From Methanobacteriota archaeon (lineage in GTDB: Archaea; Thermoplasmatota; Poseidoniia; Poseidoniales; Thalassarchaeaceae): a DNA stretch of 64,000 nucleotides. The notes under the pieces are model-generated. The model was given only the letters and a program-made list of their open reading frames with translations, did no database searches and was not told the DNA's origin. The translations under genes and the position numbers were made by a program. Below, piece by piece: positions 30,501 to 39,079 of the stretch. The stretch is from NCBI GenBank assembly GCA_011523185.1, contig WTHI01000135.1:8564-72563 (forward strand), written 5' to 3'. How positions within the stretch are numbered: position 1 is the stretch's first letter; each line of letters begins with the position of its first letter.

Positions 30501-33466
30501 AGTCCAATACTTCTCAACATGGCGGCAAAGACTGTTGCAAACTCATCACAATCTCCCTGGTGGGCTTCCTCAAGAATCCAAACTGCAAGATCATCCGAGG
30601 CTTCTGATACCCCCGAGGTAAGAGTTCGGTTCAAATTTGAACCAGCATGATTTCTGAGGAATACGGTAGTATTGTTTCCATTGATGAGGAATTGTTGGAT
30701 AGCTTCAATCTGATCCCATGCGGATACCCAACCGCTCTCGTTTAGAACCTGTTGTGTAATAATCGATACATTATCGAATCCATCATACTCAGTCGCATAA
30801 GTACTGTTTTGGAAAGCTGTAGTGTTGTCCCGAATAGCATCAGTAAAGATGACTTGAGGGGTGGTGACGAACAATTCATCAATAGTGGAGGAATCAATCA
30901 AAACATCCCGTGTATAGTTAGAGAAGTTGAGGCCGGACGATGTATCACTCCAACTTGTGTAGTTGACTGCATTGTAAGGGGCAATCAATTCCTCTCCGGG
31001 GCTCAATATTCCGTCATTTCTAAACGAAATTTGCCAGGAGTGTAGGGCAGAATTATCCCAAAAGTCTGGGTGTGCAACCCCCTGAGTTGTCGACCATGTT
31101 GGGAACATTTGGGTATATCCAACGAGTGTCTTGTTGACACCCCAAGAAACACCCGTGTAATAGTCGTAGGTATGCCATCGCCAATAATGGGTTTGATTGA
31201 AGTCGACTCCAATTGTGGTATTCTCTGCGAAGAAGTAAAGCATGTTCGTAGAAACGTCATCTGTTGGGTCCCAAGGATTGAAAGGAGAGTCTAAGCACCC
31301 GTTTTCCCAGTATTCAGGAGGACATTCGTCTCCATCTGGGATACCGCCTCCATCCGTATCTGGGTCCAGCCAGTCTGTTCCCATTTCTCGTTCGATGGTG
31401 TCTGGAATTCCGTCTCCATCTGTATCTTGTGGATTCAAATCGTCATCGGGATTATTTTGGGGGTTAGTGCCATCAAGATATTCTTGATAGTCTATTACTC
31501 CACCGTTATCTGTGTCAGAGTTATTCCATAGAGTTGTGTAGTTGTCTAAGGACATATTACCATTTTCAATACCAAATATAAGGGGGCAACCTGTGGTATT
31601 TTCAAAATAATTATTCAATCCGTCGCCATCAAAATCATTTAGATTATCACAAGGCTCTAGCGGATCAGTAGCATTGATGATTTCATCGAAATCATTGACT
31701 CCGTCACCATCTGAATCAGTTAGCGTGGGTATTGATTCAAATCCCCAAGAACCCAATGACTCTTCCCAATCTGCTAAACCATCTCCGTCTGTATCTAGAT
31801 AATCGTCATCACAATGCTGTTCATTGGCTGAGCCTAGGGATGCATCCCAACACCAAGAGCCATTGAGCACGACAACATATAGAGCGTCTGAAGGCATAGT
31901 GATTGAAACTGAGCGTAAGATATTGCCATCGATTGAAGAATATTGGAATGGCGTTCTGTTTCCTGTGGCTGATTCGAAATAGGCCATAGGAGCCCCATTT
32001 TGACGCCAATCAATCGGTGTTGGATCTAACTTGCTGGTATTATTAACGGTCACGGAAGAACCAACCGGAACCCATGCAATTACATCAAGATACATTTCGT
32101 AGGTTGATGTACAGGGATTGGTACCATGGGCGGGGGAAAGTTCCGTACCATCATCAATGCCACCACCATCTGTGTCAGCAACATTCCATAGTGTGCAGGT
32201 GGCATTTTCTTCCCAATTTTGTATTCCATCGCCATCAAAATCTCCAGAATCCTCTATCCTAGTGGGGTCGGTTTCGTTAGCGTCAACTACCCCATTGAAA
32301 TTCGTATCTTCTTCACCATCATCAAATTGGTCGCCATCGGTATTATTGTTCCTAGGATCAGAAGCTTGTGGAGGATTTCCGTATGAGCCATTGACCTCAA
32401 CGCCATCTGAAATCCCGTCCCCATCAGTGTCAACTGCTGTGGGGTCTGTAAGAAGGACTAATGCTTCGTATGAATCGTTTAGTCCATCTCCATCGGTATC
32501 ATTATTGTTAGGATCAGTGTAAGTAATTCCATCGACTTCAGCTGTAAATAAAGAGCAAGGAGGAGAACCGGGTCCAAGACCTAATACAGGATTACAAGGA
32601 GATTCAGTATTGGTCCGATTATCAGGACCTGGCCTCCAATATTGAGTTGGGGGATTTGTTGTGCCATTCCTTGTATCCCAAGCGGGATTGACGTATTCGT
32701 AGAGATTGATTAAGCCATCACCATCGGGGTCCCCATTAGTACCATCGTCACCGGAATTTGAGGTTGGATCAAGGTTGTTGGCAACCTCCCAACCATCAGG
32801 CATTCCATCGCCATCTGTATCCCAGCCATCAGGGTCTTCATCGGTTGAATTATCACCATCATCATCGTTGCTTGAACAATCGGCATCACCGTCATTGTCG
32901 CCATCCCAACTGTCGACCATTCCATCATGGTCGTCGTCGAATGTGTTGAAACAAATATTCCCCATTGGGTCTTCATCTGCACCATCAGAGTTCAATCCTT
33001 GAATCAACTGCATAGCACTCTCCTCATCCCAATTGCTTACTGGAACTGTGCCATTCCACCAAACTCCATTATCGAGTTTATTGGGTGTAGTTGCCGAATC
33101 CCAATTAGCAGGTATTCCATATTGGTATTCATTGAGATTAGTTAGTGAGTCTCCATCAGGATCTCCGGTTGAGCCATTGATTCCGGAAGCTGAAAGTGGG
33201 TCGAGTCCATACTGCCATTCCCAGCCATCTGGTAAACCATCCCCATCGGAATCCCAATCTTGTGGTTGGGTGTTGATGTAGTACTCCAATCCATATGGGA
33301 GGCCGTCTCCATCAGCGTCTGTTGACCCCATGGCCTCCCAGGTTGCGAATTCAATTGCTGAGTAAGAAGTTAGCAACATGAGAAGTGTGAATAGAACCGC
33401 CGAACGTTCCTTTCTACGAGCGATTACAAGATTATTCTGACTCGAGTTGCCGAACATCATGTACAC
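24521..33466 (-). CDS. Giant surface protein: TSP3 Ca-binding repeats, transglutaminase-like domain, Ig-like repeats, TM, DUF4129-like tail
   Basis: Many DxDGDGxxDxxE repeats; YWRWHTYDYYTG; GDCDEFATVFAAMLRSIG; repeated .SG.L.D..G modules; TM; ETVREF...LDRIFEEARYSSH. Confidence 0.88.
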   Translation of the reverse strand: MYMMFGNSSQNNLVIARRKERSAVLFTLLMLLTSYSAIEFATWEAMGSTDADGDGLPYGLEYYINTQPQDWDSDGDGLPDGWEWQYGLDPLSASGINGSTGDPDGDSLTNLNEYQYGIPANWDSATTPNKLDNGVWWNGTVPVSNWDEESAMQLIQGLNSDGADEDPMGNICFNTFDDDHDGMVDSWDGDNDGDADCSSNDDDGDNSTDEDPDGWDTDGDGMPDGWEVANNLDPTSNSGDDGTNGDPDGDGLINLYEYVNPAWDTRNGTTNPPTQYWRPGPDNRTNTESPCNPVLGLGPGSPPCSLFTAEVDGITYTDPNNNDTDGDGLNDSYEALVLLTDPTAVDTDGDGISDGVEVNGSYGNPPQASDPRNNNTDGDQFDDGEEDTNFNGVVDANETDPTRIEDSGDFDGDGIQNWEENATCTLWNVADTDGGGIDDGTELSPAHGTNPCTSTYEMYLDVIAWVPVGSSVTVNNTSKLDPTPIDWRQNGAPMAYFESATGNRTPFQYSSIDGNILRSVSITMPSDALYVVVLNGSWCWDASLGSANEQHCDDDYLDTDGDGLADWEESLGSWGFESIPTLTDSDGDGVNDFDEIINATDPLEPCDNLNDFDGDGLNNYFENTTGCPLIFGIENGNMSLDNYTTLWNNSDTDNGGVIDYQEYLDGTNPQNNPDDDLNPQDTDGDGIPDTIEREMGTDWLDPDTDGGGIPDGDECPPEYWENGCLDSPFNPWDPTDDVSTNMLYFFAENTTIGVDFNQTHYWRWHTYDYYTGVSWGVNKTLVGYTQMFPTWSTTQGVAHPDFWDNSALHSWQISFRNDGILSPGEELIAPYNAVNYTSWSDTSSGLNFSNYTRDVLIDSSTIDELFVTTPQVIFTDAIRDNTTAFQNSTYATEYDGFDNVSIITQQVLNESGWVSAWDQIEAIQQFLINGNNTTVFLRNHAGSNLNRTLTSGVSEASDDLAVWILEEAHQGDCDEFATVFAAMLRSIGLATRKVTGFSGGTWVDNGFEVYGNDFSWWVEVHLQTNANQGELDLGWIPFEACPDASVVEVVDETYSPDTLERDYSSGNITLNGTLQFISNSSSVEGITLELYLTPDNETANVPGSAALATRLIGTAVTDSEGFFSFNGSPSEMIIPGYGSLVVLTQSKGYVGVQAVTFPWVINITDDVNLAITNPIPIDQPMLGVGVNTSVTGNMALANLPQTDPAFLDSLQVLLNYTTVEDGDVNLISDLGAGGYFEFRVPISDDEPLGLINASLAFLGWHQSDLNNASIPEYHLRPKTLDFNFNITPSPDLSISLEGSDSNSSILDINQLIFINGTAVSRGPSPDPLNGTLIFQMRRAGTNGPYTDLATWALNSSNWTTSPGQFAIQWDFNESSVPIPAGLVDVKFIYTADDLFASDEESFASSFGIRSYVEFEYTLNPTERGLEASVAVQLSDHTGTSVADFPGTYAVDFNGTEVFNITDPDSGNFNVVWIPNADMFAGDYEWGLNYTGSTWLRSTSVSDTIRIQGRANVTVTLGSEWTDRGAVTWVSGFAQDTFHLTPITGNNSSIVVQMEIPSELPPGPDGSPAPPVIVPLTNGWINETTGFYNYSFTMPGDVRSGAYFLRFVLDFSTTAEVRGPFYTTITQTRVLAGLQSEFVVDAEPQSIIVIAGTTLIVNATITDIADETVLSDVDVDLYFDWGGPNQVIIDSTTTDVDGVARFNPTILEDTTPGFYDLRVHAADDLTDNLTDADPGRWIGNDTFANLTVQVDSQVEITSIPQEVTAGQSFTLSGQVLDGFDGNRSVSGPMAVEVFFLNDSSETLVSSHTTTNNGSFSVSVPTDPFGDGVSSGTKTVVVSVIEGSSPFYLTGTGNASILVKGVTRFTDRTPIIQTVVDRGTSITFGARLTEFSDNDLPVGDMQVAAKFHDTWLTEGVTNGQGLVNFTFDVPHSHPLGLIGITLYFNGSSTLHSTTTVMNQIFVRSPTNLTISTVTDNPVAGESFNVSGTLLSSNGTGIMDRTGAALPSSLTFSIDGTDSGFQATGGVVNPNGTWSAVITLGLSFPRGTHNITASYTPTVNYYGSSSDTGTFDSRGYSLISILDPADLDPDRRVVRGDDVSVNLSIIDNAGQLVENAEIDILVDGSFIQSVTTDSTGRATLIIPVDSQRTQGSMLISAEFSGINGTTGLIGDSTWSRVIVLAPTVIEFTELTGSMIAGENITFTGTLLDEHGQLLTDNGLISGGVIHIWIDGIDVGSAYTTVSNASTGQWRVTYDLPLDMDYGAHTVTAKFLGGFTWVDPMGQGDSLNPEYYLPSATTVGFNVTQTSQVVLTTPPGEVDRNQLLLIEGMLTDGAGRTLGDRYLEVTMNDQFLTGLQVEENGTFSVYLPIPPDMPLGPRLVKIIFQGEEFILSSNSTTVFTVYAPTIISIDPPSAYAVGDEMRLTGTVRDNLPDGGLANHSLEIFIDGTLVGITTSRENGDWSFNWVVSDFLDIGFHTITVTAPAQGYYRPGSVDANLTIAYHTAINLQVDDVSVTRGEQWNFTGRLFDSDTAGAPGLSGREIIISLDGVEINRITTGNDGVFEFDYSIGYLIARGGHDIRFTFEGQTFYLPVEYNMTVYAKADIQIEVLWETDLIIRSDESKEIKLVGRIVEVGGESNVIEGMEVVLLWNGLAEPSILVWDESTGHFELISPARSTMPPGELSLTISALPDADRFLNGVDIEHIVNIRVPVTFTFTPDSHHIKENQRRINGTVTVVANDTGLPVEGISIVARLVNKSVIHFQNVKLTDSNGIMDYDFTIQNQPAFYDKNKWGELSLIFQTDSQLISPNDRLWLNNDYSGIEMTYEDPAPLFTFWQIIAIIGIILILGTLVGLGLSLRKRRLAAIDEMAGIFSYTAELLAAGDEIREAIFGCYESLCNILMRNGFLRRDFETVREFEMAIRKALPISEEALVALDRIFEEARYSSHKLGDGHRQNAQHALTMVLQEIDELQDVPERDSFDLSEAIA

Positions 33467-33471
33467 CCTCT

Positions 33472-33486
33472 ACCGCCTACGGCGGT
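33472..33486 (-). repeat. Perfect hairpin with C-GTA-G triloop
   Basis: Minus strand reads ACCGCC-GTA-GGCGGT. Confidence 0.75.
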
Positions 33487-33541
33487 TCATACGGGTCTTA
33501 AGCGGAATGGAGCGTCGTTCGGACGATGATTAGGGGTCAAC

Positions 33542-36481
33542 TCATACGAGTTCTATATCATCGTCGTCATAAACCATCTCTTCCTCTTCCTCTTCCTCAA
33601 CAATAGGTGTGTGATAATCTTCTTCAGAGTCGATGTCTAAATCCTCATTTTCAGCCTCTTTCATAGCCTCAATTAGAGCCAAATGAGCTGCCCATTTTCT
33701 GCGGTTCATTCGGCTTTGTACGCCCGCAAAAATTAGCAAAATCGCAACTACCATTACAATTAATGTAGATGCACGAGGATTGGTAACCTCATTTATCAGA
33801 CGATCAAAAATACCATCAATTCCGACAACCATGTTGAGATTCTTTTCGGCTGTGAATTCATCAGGCCAGCTCTGCTCAGTGTCGTGAGGTTCTGCTGTTA
33901 TCGTAATCTTCGCTGTATCGCCATTATTTGCGGAGGATGGAACCGAGACTTCTAGCGTGAAGGTCACCTCTTCAAAGGCGTCCAATTCAATTAACCTTGA
34001 ACTTGTAGGACCTCCTATGTCTACATTCCATCCAGACGTACCTTCTACTTCGGCATCAAGTAGAACAATTAGTGGACTGTTACCTTTGTTACGAACCTCA
34101 AATTGGAAGGAATAAAGACCACCGGGTGCAAGTTTTCGGTTTGAGGTAACTTGTACAATTGAAAGGTCGGGTTCATCCGCGTCAACTTCGAACACCATTG
34201 GCAAATCGAAATATCTTGGATTTGAATCTGATGTATCCTCCCTTATTCTTAGGTAAACAGTGTGGTTACCAACGATGACTTGGTCGGTTAGAGTGACTAC
34301 TACAAACACCTCTGTGAAGTCACCTGGACCGAGAGATACCTGAGGCACAGCTGACCCGTTTTGATCCAAAATTCGGTATTCCCATTGCCCGTAAGCCGCC
34401 AATCTATCGGTATTTTCTGGAAGGCTTGCTGGATTGATAATCTGCCATTGAGTAGCGGATTCTCCGCTCGTCATACTATTCGTTATGCGGGCACGTAGAT
34501 TCACTTCCGGGTCGTTAAGTGTGGAACAAAGGGACACCTGGATATGGCCTAGTGGGGTGCCATCACAATCTTGAGATACTTCCGCCCGAATACCGAATGT
34601 TCTCTGAATTGTAAACTCAACCGTAGTCCTGAGGGAGGCATTTCCACTGCTTATTACCTCAATCTCAATCATCCCGATATCTGGGTCCTCTCGGTCTGTT
34701 GAAGGTTTTACATTGAAACGAAGAATCTGAGTTGAATGTCTCTCTAGCGGTGGTATATGGAAAGTTCCATCGCCATCATCTTCTAGGATTCTTTCCCCTG
34801 TATCGTTGTCGTAAATCTGGATTATTGACTTAGAACGCTTTAGAATATCTACTCTGAAATTATCTGTGTCGAATCCTGTGTTGAAAATCTCTAGTAAGAA
34901 GGTATTGAATTGGTTGTCCTCAACATATCTTGGTATTGTTGGGTCGATATCACCCGGGCGGCTAGAGTTAGCAATTGGTATGTCGTGATCTTCATTCCAT
35001 ATCGAAACATCTGGAGGCTGATAGACTTCCAGCTTTTCTAAATCGAGGGTAAGGAGGTCTTGATGGACGACGGTTTGAACACCTTCTATCGTGGCTTCAG
35101 CAACTGCTCTAATCTCAATTTTATCAGGCGTTCCTGTCAAATCATCAGGGGCCGTTATAGTAAGTATTGGATTCAGAATATCACCTCCTGAATTCAAGGT
35201 GTAACCGCCTGGTGAGTCGAACTCAACAAGCCATGAACTACCAAGGTTAGTGAGCAACTCAAGTTCTACAGTCATTGATTTGGTAGAATCTCCTCTGTGG
35301 ACTAATTGAAGTGGTACCGGAGTTGTTTCATCGGGGGCAACATATTCCACAGTTCTGTCTTCCCGGTGGTTAATCGCTACACCCCATTGTTTCATTTCAA
35401 CAGGTTCATGCTCAACGAGGAATGCGTTACCTTGAACGTCTGTAATTTCCAATTCAACAGTGTACTCTCCAGAAGGAAGACCGCTTGGATAAGTCCATGT
35501 GTAGGTGCCGAAAATACCCTGACTAGTATCTCTGATTCCATCATCATCCGATGAAATCTCATGGTCTATGCGGTAATTTCCATTTGGATCTCGCATCAAT
35601 AATTTCACAGAATCCATATCTTCTCTACCAAAGGCGCTCTTCACATCAAAGGAGAATTGCATTGTTCGATCGGCCAATACATCATTCGGATACCATTCTA
35701 ATTCTACTCCGTCAGCAAGTTCGGCTCCATCTCTTTGGAGTATAACTTCACTGTCGGCAATGGCGTTAGTTTCTACTTCCATTTGGGAATATCGATTGCT
35801 TTCTCCATCAATCTCGTTCCATGCCACCTCTGCTTCACAACTACTTCCAAATGGACCGCCTGAACTTTCACATCCAGACATTTCAGCAGAGACCTCAACT
35901 GTTAATTCATTACCATCTTGGATAACAAAACCATCTCCGCCGTCCAATATCACTTCGAATAGTTCATGATCGAAGTTGCAAGAGTTAGTTATCCCTGGAT
36001 TACATGCGTCTGTTTCCCAAGACTCGGAGCCAACGGTATTGCCATTTGCACTAATCACAATATCCCAGGTGACCTGAGAGTTGCTAGGTCCCTGAGCGCG
36101 GAGGAAAAATTGCACTGGAATGTAAAATTGACCGCTTGACGATCCATGTTTTGGTCGGCCGGTGATTTCGAGGGAACTCAACAGATCTCCAGTTGTGAAC
36201 TCTATTGTAGAATCTAATGCACTAGAGGTCGATTGACCACCTGACTCAGGCACCATTGTTGAAATGTGGCCATCACCTCCGGAAGACGAGTTGGCTTCTG
36301 CAAAATAGAGTGTGTAGATTTTGGATTCAATATCCTCTGAATTCTCTGCCTTAGTGTCCGTTTGAAGATAGGTTGGTTGTGTAAAAAAAGTGGCCATTTG
36401 AGGAGTTATCATCAATATCGCGAGGAATATCGCAATTTGGGTGAACTTGCCATCTCGAAACGGCGTACTGCTCCCACTCAT
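33542..36481 (-). CDS. Large membrane-anchored surface protein with Ig-like/NEW3-type repeats
   Basis: Signal peptide, N.G...D modules, C-terminal TM, poly-E/D tail. Confidence 0.8.
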   Translation of the reverse strand: MSGSSTPFRDGKFTQIAIFLAILMITPQMATFFTQPTYLQTDTKAENSEDIESKIYTLYFAEANSSSGGDGHISTMVPESGGQSTSSALDSTIEFTTGDLLSSLEITGRPKHGSSSGQFYIPVQFFLRAQGPSNSQVTWDIVISANGNTVGSESWETDACNPGITNSCNFDHELFEVILDGGDGFVIQDGNELTVEVSAEMSGCESSGGPFGSSCEAEVAWNEIDGESNRYSQMEVETNAIADSEVILQRDGAELADGVELEWYPNDVLADRTMQFSFDVKSAFGREDMDSVKLLMRDPNGNYRIDHEISSDDDGIRDTSQGIFGTYTWTYPSGLPSGEYTVELEITDVQGNAFLVEHEPVEMKQWGVAINHREDRTVEYVAPDETTPVPLQLVHRGDSTKSMTVELELLTNLGSSWLVEFDSPGGYTLNSGGDILNPILTITAPDDLTGTPDKIEIRAVAEATIEGVQTVVHQDLLTLDLEKLEVYQPPDVSIWNEDHDIPIANSSRPGDIDPTIPRYVEDNQFNTFLLEIFNTGFDTDNFRVDILKRSKSIIQIYDNDTGERILEDDGDGTFHIPPLERHSTQILRFNVKPSTDREDPDIGMIEIEVISSGNASLRTTVEFTIQRTFGIRAEVSQDCDGTPLGHIQVSLCSTLNDPEVNLRARITNSMTSGESATQWQIINPASLPENTDRLAAYGQWEYRILDQNGSAVPQVSLGPGDFTEVFVVVTLTDQVIVGNHTVYLRIREDTSDSNPRYFDLPMVFEVDADEPDLSIVQVTSNRKLAPGGLYSFQFEVRNKGNSPLIVLLDAEVEGTSGWNVDIGGPTSSRLIELDAFEEVTFTLEVSVPSSANNGDTAKITITAEPHDTEQSWPDEFTAEKNLNMVVGIDGIFDRLINEVTNPRASTLIVMVVAILLIFAGVQSRMNRRKWAAHLALIEAMKEAENEDLDIDSEEDYHTPIVEEEEEEEMVYDDDDIELV

Positions 36482-36550
36482 CGTCCACCGGCACTCGGAG
36501 GGGTGTTAAAGCGTTCGTGAAGTCCGAGTGGTATTTGCATCGTTTTTTAC

Positions 36551-36570
36551 ACGCCCCCAAGAGGGGGCGT
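36551..36570. repeat. GC hairpin in the divergent promoter region
   Basis: ACGCCCCC-AAGA-GGGGGCGT. Confidence 0.6.
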
Positions 36571-36612
36571 AAATCCGCTCGTTTCAAGTCTGATAAGGTC
36601 CTCAGAGACCTC

Positions 36613-36698
36613 GCAGGGGTACCCGAGCTGGTCAAAGGGGCCGGACTTAAGCTCCGGTGCGTAGAGCTTCGTGGGTTCAAATCCCACCCCCTGCACCA
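36613..36698 (+). tRNA. tRNA-Leu (anticodon TAA), CCA encoded, no intron
   Basis: Acceptor GCAGGGG/CCCCTGC-A-CCA; anticodon arm CCGGA-CTTAAGC-TCCGG; long variable arm; T arm GTGGG-TTCAAAT-CCCAC. Confidence 0.96.
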
Positions 36699-37100
36699 CT
36701 ATTTTATTCGAGTGATAGAACAGCCCAATTGACCATCTCCGTCCAAGACATCCAATTTGGTGATTACAACAGTAGCAGCCTCAACCAAGCGAGGTTTTAG
36801 TATTCTATCCAACAAACGGTTTGCGAGTGTTTCCAATAGTGAAGCGCGCTGCAAATTCAAAGTCTCATCTAATACTGCCACCAAGTATTCGTAATCAAGC
36901 ACTTCAGAAATTTCATCTTCTTCCGGAGCGCTGTCCCCAGATAGCATAACATAAATGTCGAAAGAAAGACGCTGGGGTGAGCCAATTTCGTGGTCATGAA
37001 CGCCTATATCCACCTGTCTAATTACCTTCTCTAGGAATAAACAGGTGGCCGCTTGATTGCGAGAAAAAATTTGCAATAAGGCGTCCGAATGTGAAGTCAT
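36699..37100 (-). CDS. folB: Dihydroneopterin aldolase (bacterial type)
   Basis: IGVHDHE...PQRLSFD, LDYE, LLETLA, V.ITKL. Confidence 0.88.
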   Translation of the reverse strand: MTSHSDALLQIFSRNQAATCLFLEKVIRQVDIGVHDHEIGSPQRLSFDIYVMLSGDSAPEEDEISEVLDYEYLVAVLDETLNLQRASLLETLANRLLDRILKPRLVEAATVVITKLDVLDGDGQLGCSITRIK

Positions 37101-37867
37101 CAAACACCCTCCGTTTCAAATGAGACATCTCGGCTTCTGGAAAGGAATCTTTCTCCAGCATCGACGAAAATTACCTGTCCGGTAATCGAATTTCCTTCAA
37201 TGAGAAAAACTACAGCCTGAGCAATATCATCTGGGGAAGGACCGTACCCAAGTGGGCTTTGAGACTGGGCTAGATTGAATCCCGCTTCTGTTTGGTCGGG
37301 GCTGGCTAAGGTATGACCTGGTGCGACAGCGTTTATTCTCAATTTAGGCGCAAGGCCTCTTGCGAGAGCCTCGGTCATTCCAAGAAGGGCAAATCTTGAG
37401 GCAGTATACGAAATGTGATCAGGATTAGGTGCTGCAATTTTCTGATCCAAAATATTGACCACTGACCCCGACATATTCTCGGGGAGATTTTGTAGTAATT
37501 CCCGGGTTAACATCAGAGGTGCTTTTGCGTTTACGTCCATATGCTGATTCCAAGATTTATCATCAAAACTTTCGATATCATCATGCTCGAATTTTGAGGC
37601 ATTATTCACTAGGTGTAAAATCGGTCCAATTTTTGATGATGCCTTGGAAATAATTTTGGTAAATTCTTCCGGATTCGATAAATCACCTTTTACCGTGCAA
37701 GCATCGACACCAAATCCTCTAATCTTCTCTGCCAATTCCTCGGCGTCTTTTGCAGACGAATTGTGGTGAACTGCCACTGAGTGACCTTTTTGTGCTAGGT
37801 GAAGACAAATTGCAGCGCCAATTCTCTTTGCACCTCCTGTCACGAGTGCAGCACTGCGAGCCATCAT
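37100..37867 (-). CDS. SDR oxidoreductase, pteridine reductase/FolM-like
   Basis: TGGAKRIG, VNNAS, NILD, YTASR, RINAVAPG; coupled to folB. Confidence 0.85.
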   Translation of the reverse strand: MMARSAALVTGGAKRIGAAICLHLAQKGHSVAVHHNSSAKDAEELAEKIRGFGVDACTVKGDLSNPEEFTKIISKASSKIGPILHLVNNASKFEHDDIESFDDKSWNQHMDVNAKAPLMLTRELLQNLPENMSGSVVNILDQKIAAPNPDHISYTASRFALLGMTEALARGLAPKLRINAVAPGHTLASPDQTEAGFNLAQSQSPLGYGPSPDDIAQAVVFLIEGNSITGQVIFVDAGERFLSRSRDVSFETEGV

Positions 37868-37968
37868 TAGTTCCGAGTCAAGTCTCGTATATGTCTCCTC
37901 GTTTTGAAAGACCTCATCTGGAGGTTTGAGGCGAATGATTAACGCCGTGTGTCCACTCCTCGTAATCA

Positions 37969-39057
37969 ATGGGTGTACCGCTGCCCCAAGCAAATGGCAC
38001 TGAAGTGCCGTCCAGCAGCTGTGGAGGTCCGGTCAGGATTAGCGCTGAAGAACGCCGAAAAGCGGAAAGAAAGCGGCTGCCTTCTTGGTTCAAAACTACA
38101 CTCCCTACAGGTAATGCCCAAAGCCGGTTTAATGAGACAAAATCTAATGTCCACGAACACGGGTTGCATACAGTTTGCGAAGAGGCTCGATGCCCAAACA
38201 TACACGATTGTTGGGGTAGAGGGACTGCAACTTTCATGATTGCGGGCGAAGTCTGTACACGAGGATGTAGATTCTGTGCAGTCGGCACAGAGAAAACCCC
38301 TCCTCCTTTGAATCCAAACGAGCCTGCCGAACTCGCTGAAGCTGTTGATAGAATGGGCGTTAGTCACGCTGTAATTACAGTAGTCAATCGTGACGACTTA
38401 GCAGACGGAGGCGCAGAGCATTATCGCAATTGTATCAAAGCAGTACACGAAAGATGCCCTGATGTTGGACTAGAATTACTCTGCTCTGACCTAGATGGGA
38501 ATCTTGAGGCGCTAGCCGTTTTACTCGATGAATTACCGCTCAAAGTTTTCGCCCACAATGTAGAATGTGTGCCCAGGTTGGACTCCACTGTTCGCGACCC
38601 TCGTGCTTCGTTTACACAATCGCTGAATATCCTAAAAGAAGCTAAGCGATTAAGGCCAGATTTGGCAATAAAATCCAGCATAATGGTCGGTGTAGGAGAA
38701 ACCGATGAAGAAGTTGTTGAGGCAATGCAATTGCTAAGAGGGGTTGGAGTTGAGTTAATCACTCTGGGTCAATATCTGCAACCAAGTTGGAAACATCTTG
38801 CAGTCGATAGATTTCCTGAGCCGAAAACTTTCGCTGAGTGGGATCAAGCCGCGAGAGAAATGGGATTCACTGCGGTTGCTAGTGGACCGTTAGTACGCTC
38901 TTCCTACAGAGCAGGTTTGCTTTGGGAAGAAGCAATGGGTGGAGAACCAGTCGTAACAAGAGATTCTACAGGTTCAGCAATTAGCCATTTGAATCCTAGC
39001 AAAGATTTGCTCGCTACCAATGAGGCTCGGTTGTCCTTAGAGCACAAAACAATATGA
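37969..39057 (+). CDS. lipA: Lipoyl synthase
   Basis: CEEARCPNIHDC, CTRGCRFC, PLVRSSY. Confidence 0.96.
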   Translation: MGVPLPQANGTEVPSSSCGGPVRISAEERRKAERKRLPSWFKTTLPTGNAQSRFNETKSNVHEHGLHTVCEEARCPNIHDCWGRGTATFMIAGEVCTRGCRFCAVGTEKTPPPLNPNEPAELAEAVDRMGVSHAVITVVNRDDLADGGAEHYRNCIKAVHERCPDVGLELLCSDLDGNLEALAVLLDELPLKVFAHNVECVPRLDSTVRDPRASFTQSLNILKEAKRLRPDLAIKSSIMVGVGETDEEVVEAMQLLRGVGVELITLGQYLQPSWKHLAVDRFPEPKTFAEWDQAAREMGFTAVASGPLVRSSYRAGLLWEEAMGGEPVVTRDSTGSAISHLNPSKDLLATNEARLSLEHKTI

Positions 39058-39079
39058 AGGAATAATCGGAGGCAAAATT

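Noticed and set aside
31260-33320. CRISPR or DNA tandem repeat (recurring CCATC/ATC motifs)
   Set aside because: Codon-level echo of DxDGDG protein repeats; no identical repeat-spacer periodicity.
33470-33490. Mini-ORF MNRRRR* in frame with the giant gene (readthrough or uORF)
   Set aside because: Its ATG lies too close to the putative TATA box (33497-33502) to be transcribed from it; likely a by-product of the hairpin.
36517-36732. 71-aa ORF
   Set aside because: Overlaps tRNA-Leu; spurious.
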